Assembly: GCA_052327205.1 (NCBI GenBank)
Contig: CM126209.1
Span: 121,396,001 to 121,460,000, forward strand
From: Somniosus microcephalus
Taxonomy: Eukaryota
Direction of reading: 5' to 3'
Length of the DNA: 64,000 nt
The notes beneath the pieces are model-generated. The model did no database searches, was not told where the DNA came from, and saw only the letters and a list, made by a program, of their open reading frames with translations. Made by a program: the position numbers and the translations under genes. Shown in pieces: positions 24,946 to 34,753 of the stretch (within the stretch, counting starts at the first letter, position 1; each line of letters starts with the position of its first letter).

Positions 24946-26451
24946 TGTCAGTGTCCCAGCTACACGTTCCTCTGCTGGCCGCCAGAGGGCGGTTTAGGAG
25001 GCCTCAGTACACTGCTGCCATGTCTCTGTGCCTCTCTCCTCACCTGTGTCTCATTAGGGTAATTGTCTCATCAGAGTAATCAGGCCTGTTATTTAAGCTG
25101 ACTATTTCCGGCCCCAGTCGCTCAGTCTTGAGTTCTCATGCCTGCTAGTCACAGGTTAGTTTCTGGTCCTTGCCCTGCGTTTTGTATACTCACTCTTGTT
25201 TCTTTGAATTGTTACTTTGATCTTTGGTTTGAAGAATTCACTGTACGTCCTGTATTTGAAGAGCCTTCTACTAAAGCATCTTTTGAGTTTTACTTCATCC
25301 CAGGTCTCTGGCTGTCTGTCTGCACTTGGGTCCACTACCTCACCCGTAACAGCAAGACTTTGCCATCAACATGGACCCAGCAGAAACCAGCCAACCAAGG
25401 GAGGAGATTAATCAACTGTGCTCTGCCCTGATGAGCCAGGGAGCCACGGTCGGGAGGCATGACCGTTTGCTGCGGGAGATTCGTGATAGCCTGCATTCCC
25501 TAACCGAGGCTGTTTGGCCACAGCCATGTGGGAGCAACAAACCCCTTCCTGGTCCAACTGTCGGATGTTCACCGAGGAGATGAGGCGAGTCTTCGACCAT
25601 CCTGTTAGCGGGCGAGAGGCGGCCAATAGACTGCTCCATCCCCATCAGGGGAATCATAGTGTATCGGACTATGCCATTGAATTCCGTACTCTCGCCACGG
25701 CATTTTGATTCAACTGGGTGTAATGAATCACCCGGGCATATTGATTCTCCTGGGCATACTGAATCTCCTGGGCATATTGAATCTCCTGGGCATATTGAAT
25801 CACCTGGGCATATTGAATCACCTGGGCATAATGAATCACCTGGGCACATTGAATCACCTGGGTGTAATGAAGTCCATTCAAGATACTCCGGAAGATAAAC
25901 CCAGTTATCTACCGTCTCCTGAGGAGCGCTCCTGGGTTCTGGCTCGGGACATCCAGGATCCTGGGCTTATCCGGCAGTTCCACCGGCACCAGCCAGAGGC
26001 TACTGTGGGGACGTCAGGTGCCATCCCTAGGCGGGGGGGGGCTACTGTCAGGGTCCCAGCTACACGTTCCTCTGCTGGCCGCCAGAGGGCGGTTTAGGAG
26101 GCCTCAGTACACTGCTGCCATGTCTCTGTGCCTCTCTCCTCACCTGTGTCTCATTAGGGTAATTGTCTCATCAGAGTAATCAGGCCTGTTATTTAAGCTG
26201 ACTATTTCCGGCCCCAGTCGCTCAGTCTTGCGTTCTCATGCCTGCTAGTCACAGGTTAGTTTCTGGTCCTTGCCCTGCGTTTTGTATACTCACTCTTGTT
26301 TCTTTGAATTGTTACTTTGATCTTTGGTTTGAAGAATTCCCTGTACGTCCTGTATTTGAAGAGCCTTCTACTAAAGCATCTTTTGAGTTTTACTCCATCC
26401 CAGGTCTCTGGCTGTCTGTCTGCACTTGGGTCCACTACCTCACCCGTAACA
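24946..26451 (+). mobile_element. Non-autonomous Sushi/chromovirus LTR retrotransposon (1506 bp) inserted in ERV integrase
   Basis: 406-bp LTRs 24946-25351 and 26046-26451 (4 differences), TSD GTTAG, gag remnant (ATAMWE..MRRVFDHP..SVSDYAIEFRTLA), chromodomain tail (PEERSWVLARDIQDPGLIRQFH). Confidence 0.92.
25706..25870 (+). repeat. 18-bp tandem repeat (TTGAATCACCTGGGCATA), about 9 units
   Basis: Visible tandem array in the internal part of the mini-element. Confidence 0.9.
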
Positions 26452-27367
26452 GTTAGATTTAAAAAAAGAAGTAACAAAGGAGATTCATCGAATTGATCAG
26501 TGGATAAGGGAAGCAAATAGGCAGAAAAAATTGGCAAATAAAGCATAGCAACCCATAGTAGGAGAATGGGTGCAGGAAAAGAAGTTCGAGCAAAAACCTG
26601 GTTTAAGACCAAAGTGGAAAAAACCTGTTCAAATACATTCTGTTATTAACGAAAGAACAGTTAAAATACATATTAACCAGCCGAATGGCAAGCATATTCT
26701 TAAAACTGGCTCCGTAGACAATATCAAAAGATATCCTGCGGGATACTGAAAAGGAGGAACAATACAAGGTGCAGTCGTACACTGTCTTTCAAGACCCAGC
26801 TTGGAGCACGACACAGGAAATGGATGCGATCGAATTGCTGACGATGGTCAGTCAGACGGTGTCGCTGGCTCCTCCACACGTTGCTTGGCAACGCATCAGG
26901 AATTGGATTCACAAAAAGCAGCAACCGAAACAAGGAAAGATAAACGAGTTACTTCAGCGAAGGAGGAAGACACCACGGATGAAGAAGGAATCAACTGAGT
27001 GCCTGGCAAGGCCTTTACGAAAACATGCATCTGTACACAAGCCGGATCGAAGGAACAGCGTGTCAAGCTTCAACTAGTTTCAAATGACGTCTCCTTGACT
27101 CGTATGAATAACTCACCTCTATGGAACGTACATCTGCCGATTGGACATTCTAAGTACATGTTGTTTCGCTAATTGCATGACTATGTACCAATCATCCTTT
27201 TAAATTGTGTTCAATTTAAAATAAGGCAAAACATTGTCGTAGGATGACTTAAAAGGAATTTTCATGTAGCACATGATTGTGCATCTCGTGAAATTAATGT
27301 GCTATTGTAACCTTATTAGGAATATTGACCAAACTCTGCCCTGATGTTATGAGCTCATTTTTTGGTC

Positions 27368-27377
27368 AAGGGGGGGG
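27368..27377 (+). promoter_or_regulatory. Polypurine tract of the ERV
   Basis: AAGGGGGGGG immediately before the 3' LTR TGTAAAGG. Confidence 0.85.
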
Positions 27378-28846
27378 TGTAAAGGAATAGCCATATTTCA
27401 GAAAAATACACTATCCTATGAACGGAATATTGAGTTTATTAAAACATGAAAACTGGGTTTAAAAATCTAAAAAGCCTCAAAGACACAAAGCTGTAGATAC
27501 AGGCTTCTGAGATAAGATGGGTTTGTTGACACAAAGCTGTAAACACCATACAAGCTTTTGAAATGGGAACGGTTGTCGATACTAAAACAAAGGCCCTATT
27601 GAAGAAGCAAAGGGTTGCATCCAGAAGGTCTGCAGTTTGGGAGAAACACAATATCATTACCCAGTTTAAAGTGTTATAAACTAACACTTCGAACAGAAAC
27701 ACAGAACATTAAAAAGCCATGTGCCTTTGATAAAAGTAACATCAAATGAAAGACAGGAGACATAAGTTTGTAATACAACCAACTAAGGTGGCTAGGAAAA
27801 CAATCAAGTACTCGGTTGAAGTGTTTTTGATTTACATATTGTAAAAGGTACAAACAGAAGACTTTGTAGATATGATATCAATAGATGCACCAAGCAATCA
27901 CATTGTGTTTGTACTGAACTTGGAATAACTGGGAGACGAGAAGTTTGCTTTCAACCAGCTAAAGTGATTTAAGAATTAAATAGAAGACCTTCGTAAGAAT
28001 GGCATCAAATAGATACATCTGTCATAACCATTTTTTATGATAAGCTTTGAACACCTACATAGCAGACAGAATTCTGCAAGCTAACAGCTGAATTGACAGT
28101 AAGAAAGAAAAAAAGTCAACAGAAATATGACTAGAGATAATTAGCTTACATCAGCAGAAAACTTCAAAGGATAAACCACTGCAAAAAGAGTATAAAAAAT
28201 AGAACTTTCAGATAGGAAGTCAGAAGTCGCTGAAAGGGGCCAGCAATTGTCTCACTCTTCAGAGGCAGGCTCTGTAAGTTTTTAACTCTTTGAGTCTCGG
28301 AGATCAAAAAGGTACTTTTATTTGATTTTGGTGGATATCCTGGATTAAAAATAAGACTTAGAAATGTAAAAATGTAACGAAGTTAAGATTTGAGAATAAG
28401 GATCTCTGAGAATAAGAACTGTAAGCTATTTGTTTTTAGAACTGTTAATGTTGCGACTGAAATCACCAGCTGCTAAATACATGCCGGTTCTTTAATAAAT
28501 CTATATATTTTTGGAATTGTCTCAGAGTATTTCTGTATCAAACTCACGAACTCAATCTCTGTACACTCTTTGGTGAGGAGTTGCAGAGTTCTGGGGGGGG
28601 ATTTCCAGACCCTCATAATATCTGGAAGGTTACAGTCTAATTAAACTTATTAAAAGTGCTATCTGGAGGATGGTAACATCTTCAAGTCGTTCCTTTCCTT
28701 TAGGGAGGGATAGTTTGGACCTTTAGATCCAATTAAGCGTCTTATAGGATTCAGCTATCTCTAACTTTAGTTGAAGGCGAACGTCTGGGGAACATGCCTG
28801 ATCCGGGGTAGCCCAAAAAGGGCTAGGACTAGTAAGTATCCCTTCA
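27378..28846 (+). repeat. ERV 3' LTR
   Basis: TG...CA, 1469 bp, direct repeat of 18372-19840. Confidence 0.95.
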
Positions 28847-29085
28847 AGATGGGCGAGAGAGAGAGAGAGACTGGGGGAGAGAGAGAGATAGAGACTGGGA
28901 GAGAGATAGAGAGACGGGGAGGAGAGAGTGAGAGAGACTGGGGGGAGAGAGAGACTGGGAGAGAGAGAAAGAGACTGGGAGAGAAAGAGACTGGAAGAGA
29001 GAGAGACTGGGAGAGAGAGAGAGACTGGGAGAGAGACAGAGACGGGGAGGAGAGAGAGAGCGAGATGGGAAGGAGAGAGAGAGAG

Positions 29086-29855
29086 ACTGAAACTAAGTAC
29101 TCAGCCGGACCCTGACCAGCCCCAGACCAACACAGCCGTCCAAACACCAATCCGAGTGAACCAAATCATTAAAAAATGCAAAGAAACCTACCTGGAACAT
29201 TGGAACAAAATAACCGAAAGCCAAAGCAGATTAGAATGTTACCGGGCCCTAAAAAGAGAATATAAACTGGCAGACTACCTCACGACCATCAGAGACACAA
29301 AACAGAGACAGACCCTCACCAGGTACAGACTAAGCGACCACCAACTGGAAATTGAAAAAGGCAGATACAAGAAATCCTGGCAGCCTAGAGAGAATAGAAT
29401 ATGCGATCAATGTCTGGCTGGCGAGGTTGAAACAGAAATGCATTTCCTCCTAAAATGCGAAAAATTCAACACATCAAGAAACATATTATTCAACAAGCTA
29501 AGCCAAACAACCCCAGATTTCAAGGAATTGGATGATCTGTCAAAATTGAGATTAGTCCTAGGAGAAGGAGACAGACCATACCTTGGGGCTAAATATGTAA
29601 CAACATGTCACAACCTGAGGACTGTTTAAAAGTAAGACTGTTTAAAATTAATATTGAACGTACCAAATGAAGTAGAAAGACTGTTTAAAATTAATATTGT
29701 TTAAAAGTAATATTGTATATACCCAACAAATGTCAAATCGATTGACACCTACAGAATGTTGGAAAACTGTACCTTTTTGCTATGTAAGCTTTGGCAATAT
29801 GGTTCTCTGTAAACTTTCATGCCAATAAAGCATTTGAACTGAACTGAACTGAACT
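29086..29855 (+). mobile_element. 5'-truncated non-LTR retrotransposon, probably RTE-X-like, with (GAACT)n tail
   Basis: Open frame to 29629 with LTRYRLSDHQLEIEKGRY...ICDQC...ETEMHFLLKC zinc finger; AATAAA then (GAACT)4; clade assignment tentative. Confidence 0.75.
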
Positions 29856-30471
29856 GACTGGGGGGATAGAGAGAGAGACTGGGGGAGAGAGAGAGACAAG
29901 GAGAGAGAGAGAGACTGTGGGGAGAGAGAGAGACTGGGGGAGAGAGAGAGATACTGGTGGGGTGGAGAGAGAGAGGCTGGGGGAGAGAGAGAGAGAGAGA
30001 CGGGGGAGAGAGAGGGACAGAGACAGAGGGAGAGAGGGGTGAGGGTCCAGACACGTGTAGTCCATTCCTGGGGACTGAGTGGCGGCCGCACTTTGGAACA
30101 ACACAGGGAGGCGCAGCACATGTACAATGGCCGCTGGAAGGAGGCTAAAGCAAACAGGTTTTAGGCCCCCAGTGAAACAAAAATGAGAATTTTTAAAAAA
30201 ATTCAGAAAATTGTTTAAAGCTGGAAAAAAATACGGGAAAGTGATGTTGAATGTCCCGTGGTAAGTTCCAGTTAAATTTTGCCAAGTGTTGTCCCCTTTT
30301 TGAAAGAGTCTATCAGGGTTATTTATATCATGTTATGAGAGAGAGGAAAAAGTTTGTGCCCCTGTTTGTACCTCAGAGTCTGTGAGAGACGGAGGGAATG
30401 GGAGCAGGAAAAGAGGAAACAACTTCTCCAAAACTGATCCCAACTCATTTCCAAGTCTGGGGATAGATAAC

Positions 30472-30605
30472 ACAATAGCAAAATACTGCGGATGATGGAA
30501 ATCTGAAATAACAACAGAAAATGCTGGAAACACTCAGCAGGCCAGGCAGCATCCGTGGAGAGAGAAACAGAGTTAACGTTTCAGGTTTGTGACCCTTCGT
30601 CAGAA
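30472..30605 (-). mobile_element. 134-bp Penelope pLTR-type mini-insertion
   Basis: 15-bp TSD CTGGGGATAGATAAC (30457-30471, 30606-30620); similar to 35730-35870. Confidence 0.75.
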
Positions 30606-30607
30606 CT
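30570..30607 (-). ncRNA. Minimal type I hammerhead ribozyme motif
   Basis: AGTT-CTGACGA-AGGGTCACAAACCT-GAAA-CGTT-AACT on the minus strand. Confidence 0.7.
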
Positions 30608-32016
30608 GGGGATAGATAACCTCACTGCCTTCTTAGGAAGTTTAACCACTTTATTCACTTTCTTATTTGAGCTCCGTTTGGAATTAGAGTTTATTTTATT
30701 ATTTTTTGTTGTATGTTTAACGACAGCGTTGAAGAGGGGAAGAGAAACTTGGAGCAACTTCTTCTGTCAAAGCTGCAACGAGACTTGAAAGAATTTAAAG
30801 ATTTTTAATGAACTTTTCACAAAAAATGAGTGTTAAAAACATTTTTTCTCCCCTTAGTTTCGAATATGATTTTGGAAGAAACAGAAACAAAAATCAATTT
30901 TTCCCTCATCTAAACAAGTTTTAATCAGGTCTTGAAGTCCAAATGCTTTTACAGGCTCTGATATGCTTAAAACATTTTAAAATTGAAATTTCTCAATATT
31001 TGATTTAGCGATTGAGTGAAGTGAGTAGCTTTACACAAACATGCAACCATGCTGTTGAGGAGGGGGAGGGCAGGGAGGATTTGTAGGAGTTACGTATTAC
31101 TTTTTATTGACTTTTAAAAATATATCATTAATACGTTTAGGAAGAGAACCAAAAAAGGGGAAAAACACAAACCATTTTATTTTGTCTGTCGTTCTATTGT
31201 CCTAACAAGTCCCAGGAATAATGTAAATATAGATTTCCTCTTAAATGTTTAGTGGAGTGTTAATAGAAACATGAGTTATGTAATGGTGTATAAAACTTGC
31301 AGGAAGCTACTTTAGAAGAAACTATTATTTGTTTATTGAGAAAGACACATAAAATACTTTGATTAAACTGATAATGTACCATTTTGATTTGGTATAAATG
31401 TTTGAAATAGGAGATTAAAAATTGAGAGTACAATGAAGTTTGTTTCCCACTATTTAATTGGGAAGTACCTAAAATAATTCAATACATTTCGTGATAAGAG
31501 CAGGGATTAATATTGTGGAGAATGTTTGAGAGAAAAATATTAGAACGGAAATTCATAAATTAACATCTTTACGTCAACGTATTAGTAAATATTTCCAAGT
31601 CAGTCTGATTGGTTCTCTTGTCCAGGAAGAAAGATGAATGTTTATTTATGTTAAATCATAGCTTTTCCCGCTTTTTGTTTTTAATTCAGTGACACAAATT
31701 GTGTATGTGTTTTTCTGCACTTGTGAATAAGTGCTGCATTTCTGACATGTTACACGGTGGGTGTGCTGGTTCAAAAAGACGACGTTTATGAATGGAAGTG
31801 ATTGAAGTTGGAAATACGGATACTCGTTTTTGTTCAATTCTTTTTAATACTGTGAACTAAAGAACTACAGCACTTTATATTTGTTGGTTGTCTGCTTGCA
31901 TTGTGATTAATATTCTAATAATTTACGTGGACGTACAGCACGTCAGTGCCATAGGAAAACTGCTGTTCCTGCTGTTTGTGCAGCCATTGCTATAGTGACA
32001 TGAGGGATGGGCTAAT

Positions 32017-32405
32017 ACATAGAAACATAGAAGATAGGAGCAGGAGTAGGCCATTCGGCCCTTCGAGCCTGCTCCGCCATTCAACGAGATCATGGCTGAT
32101 CATCCAAACCCTAGCACCCGGTCCCTACACCGACAGCCATCCCACCCAAGCCCTATCCCCGTAACCCCACGTATTTAATCCCCCCTAACACTAAGGGTCA
32201 ATTTTTAAAATTTTTTTTTATCATGGCCAATCAACCTAACCCACACATCTTTGGACTGTGGGAGGAAACCAGAGCACCCGGAGGAAACCCACGCAAACAC
32301 GGGGAGAATGTGCAAACTCCACACAGACAGTCACCCAAGGCCGGATTTGAACCCGGGTCCCTGGCGCTGTGAGGCAACAGTGCTAACCACTATGCCACCG
32401 TGCTC
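32017..32405 (-). mobile_element. HE1-type V-SINE (~32110-32405) next to a CR1 3' tail (~32017-32105)
   Basis: tRNA-like head GCACGGTGGCATAGTGGTTAGCAC...GGTTCAAATCC and V-domain GTGTGGAGTTTGCACATTCTCCCCGTG. Confidence 0.85.
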
Positions 32406-32649
32406 CATACGTTGAGAACTTTAAAATTAATACAAATTGCACAAATAGATATGCCTCTTTCAGCTCACCTTGGGCTTTTGGATTGTTTGTCGATGCATAA
32501 CCTTGTAACTGAGTGACGGTTCTGAAGTGTTAACGCATTATTGTGCAGTTCTTTTACATCCCAGTCATTTCTGACAAGTAATTTTTAATTAAATAGAGTT
32601 TGTACATGATGAACTAAAAGCTTTTAATTAATTCTACCGTAAACAAACT

Positions 32650-32917
32650 TGCAGGATGGGCATGTAAATGACAAATGAATTTCAATATAGAGAAGTGTGA
32701 GGTGGTGCATTTTGGTAGGAGGAATAAGGAGGCTACCTACTCCTTGGAAAATAAGAGTCTAAATGGGGTAGAGATCTAGGGATATAGTTTCACAAATCAT
32801 TAAAAGTAGCAACGCAGGTTAAAAAAGCCAAAGGAGTGCAAATAAAGCACTGGGGTTAATTTCTAGAGGAATAGAATTCAAAAGCAGAGAAGTTATGTTA
32901 AACTTGTATAGAACCTC
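32650..32917 (+). mobile_element. CR1 internal fragment
   Basis: FNIEKCEVVHFG motif. Confidence 0.7.
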
Positions 32918-33569
32918 GTCAGATTGTCTCATGATTTGAGATGGTGGGGTGGCAATATGGCATTACTGTATATATGCTTTTAAGTGGTTGCTGTTGTTGT
33001 AAAAGTTGTTGTTGTTTTAAAATTTGCTCACAGACGAAAAGGTCGCGCTCAAAAGAGTTTGTGGCCCGCTCAGTACAAAAAAAATTCGAGGGAACATTGG
33101 TCACAAGTGCGTTCAACCTGTGCAGAGAGGGAAGACTGTCAACCTGCCGGCAGGCTGTAGAACTGACGTAGCAGATCGCCCGTCTGTTATAGAAACCGCA
33201 CGGTTTTCATTTCTATTGAATTCTGTTGAAAATATTGTGTGGTTTCTATTAAGAGCGACCAATCCATAATGCCAGTTATACAGCCGGTCGGAGAGTTGAC
33301 AATCTACACCCATTAAGAGCAGAATTCAGTGTGTGACAGGTGAGCACGAACTTGGGCACAATGGAAGATTTTACAGTCTGCTCGACTAATTTCTTATTAC
33401 ATTTTTATTACATTTCCACGGTAACTTCATTTTAAATGAATGGTATTTGGATGACGCAGTTGATAATTGACCACTCTCCCCAGCAGCCCCATAGCATGAC
33501 ACTGAGCCACACAGACCAGAAAGACCCAGGTTCAAGGCCTAGCCTGAGCTGAGGAGCCAATTGGTTCCT

Positions 33570-33845
33570 TAAAATTAGAGCTAGGCCGTTCGGGGGTGAT
33601 GTCAGAGAGCACTTCTTTGCACAAAGGGTGGTGGAAATCTGGAACTCTCTCCCCCAAAAAGCTGTTGAGGTTGAAGATCAATGAAAATTTCAAAACTGAG
33701 ATTGATAGATTTTTGTTAGGCAAGGGTATTAAGGGTTAGGGAACCAAAGCGGGTAGATCGAGTTAGGATGCAGATCAGCCATGATCTAACTGAATGATGG
33801 AACAGGCTCGAGGAGCTGAATAGCCTGCTCCTGTTCCTATGTTTT
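33570..33845 (+). mobile_element. CR1 3' fragment
   Basis: FFAQRVVEIWNSLP motif and CR1 3' end. Confidence 0.75.
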
Positions 33846-34125
33846 ATGTGCACAGCCACCCTTTGGCTCCTAGCCATTCTGCAAGGACAGGCAAGTCTGT
33901 CCATGCCTGACGTACACTCATACATACTGTTATAAGCAAGGCTGGACAGGATAGTAATTGGAAGCATGAAAACCCTGCCTGGTTTCCCCTTCCTCCAGCC
34001 CAGGAGTGGCGTGGACAATTGCAGCATCTTTACCACCAGCCCAGCTAAGATCAGCTTGCTCTGCGCAGGTGGGAATCAACCCCGGGACCTCCTGATCTAT
34101 ATGATGGAGATTCACACGCGGCAAA

Positions 34126-34260
34126 CAACGTTTCCTCTAAACTGCGCGCGGGCGTGGTCGCGCAGTAATCTGTAGGCTTTTACATTGGAAATACCACGGA
34201 TGCGCAGAAATTGAAAGAAACTGGCCGTGCAGAATAAAACGCAGCTTACAAGGCACACTG
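34126..34260. mobile_element. 135-bp hAT MITE
   Basis: Left end CAACGTTTCCTCTAA like the 16515 TIR; 8-bp TSD GCGGCAAA/GCGGTAAA. Confidence 0.65.
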
Positions 34261-34753
34261 GCGGTAAACCACCCAACAAAACCATCAAGGCAGCGCCCGT
34301 TATTTAATTTTAAATAAACATTTTAGGAAGAGATATCAACTATATCGAGTAAATGGAGATCGGCGCAAATTGAGATCTTTTCATTTTTGCTGTGCAGTTA
34401 GAAGTTGTTAAAATCTTTTAACATTCTTTAAATAGAGATGTAATTATAAAGTAATAACCCAGCAATTACAACGTTAATTCACAGCAATACTTTTGCTATC
34501 ACCCAGCATTTAAATTTTAATTACAAGTTATTCATTCGTAATTATGTGGAACTGCAATGAAACTGTATGGAATGGCCAAAGCATTACTATCAATTAATAT
34601 TTTAATTATAAAGCTATTACCTGATCATTAGAATTGTTATTTACTATCAAGGCAAATTGTTAAACAAATGATTTTCTGCATTGGTCTTTATCCCCCAGTT
34701 ATTTTCTGCTCTCTCCTGATGGTGCCCATTCCTTGCTGGAATATGATTAGATT

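Larger units (their letters stand above)
22950..26749 (+). pseudogene. pol: Foamy-type pol: PR, RNase H and IN; RT polymerase domain missing; split by a nested LTR element
   Basis: ALFDTGADYT (23061); IYCD.SS..SSAGMGIV and SIPLGHKTVQYAEAAA (RNase H); GYPPKY, AHFG, CEPC, KFFIDFIGPL (IN); QPIVGEWVQE..LRPKWKKP..SVDNIK (IN C-terminal domain). Confidence 0.92.
18372..28846 (+). mobile_element. Endogenous foamy-like (spuma-related) provirus, defective (RT deleted, no env)
   Basis: Two 1469-bp LTRs, Lys1,2-type PBS, PPT, 4-bp TSD AGAC/AGAT, foamy-type CA, PR, RNase H and IN. Confidence 0.93.
16515..33099. mobile_element. Large non-autonomous hAT-type DNA transposon (16.6 kb including nested insertions)
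   Basis: TIRs CACTGTTCCCTCTAA (16515) and TTCGAGGGAACATTG (ends 33099), 13/15 match; perfect 8-bp TSD GTCACAAG at 16507-16514 and 33100-33107. Confidence 0.85.

Noticed and set aside
31920-31950. Cluster of ACGT cores (TACGTGGACGTACAGCACGTC) like a hypoxia/CRE element
   Set aside because: Lies inside the hAT element; motif alone is not evidence
33129-33311. Imperfect inverted repeat (GACTGTCAAC..GGCTGTAGAACTG / CAGTTATACAGCC..GTTGACAATC)
   Set aside because: Most likely an old MITE; termini and TSD could not be fixed
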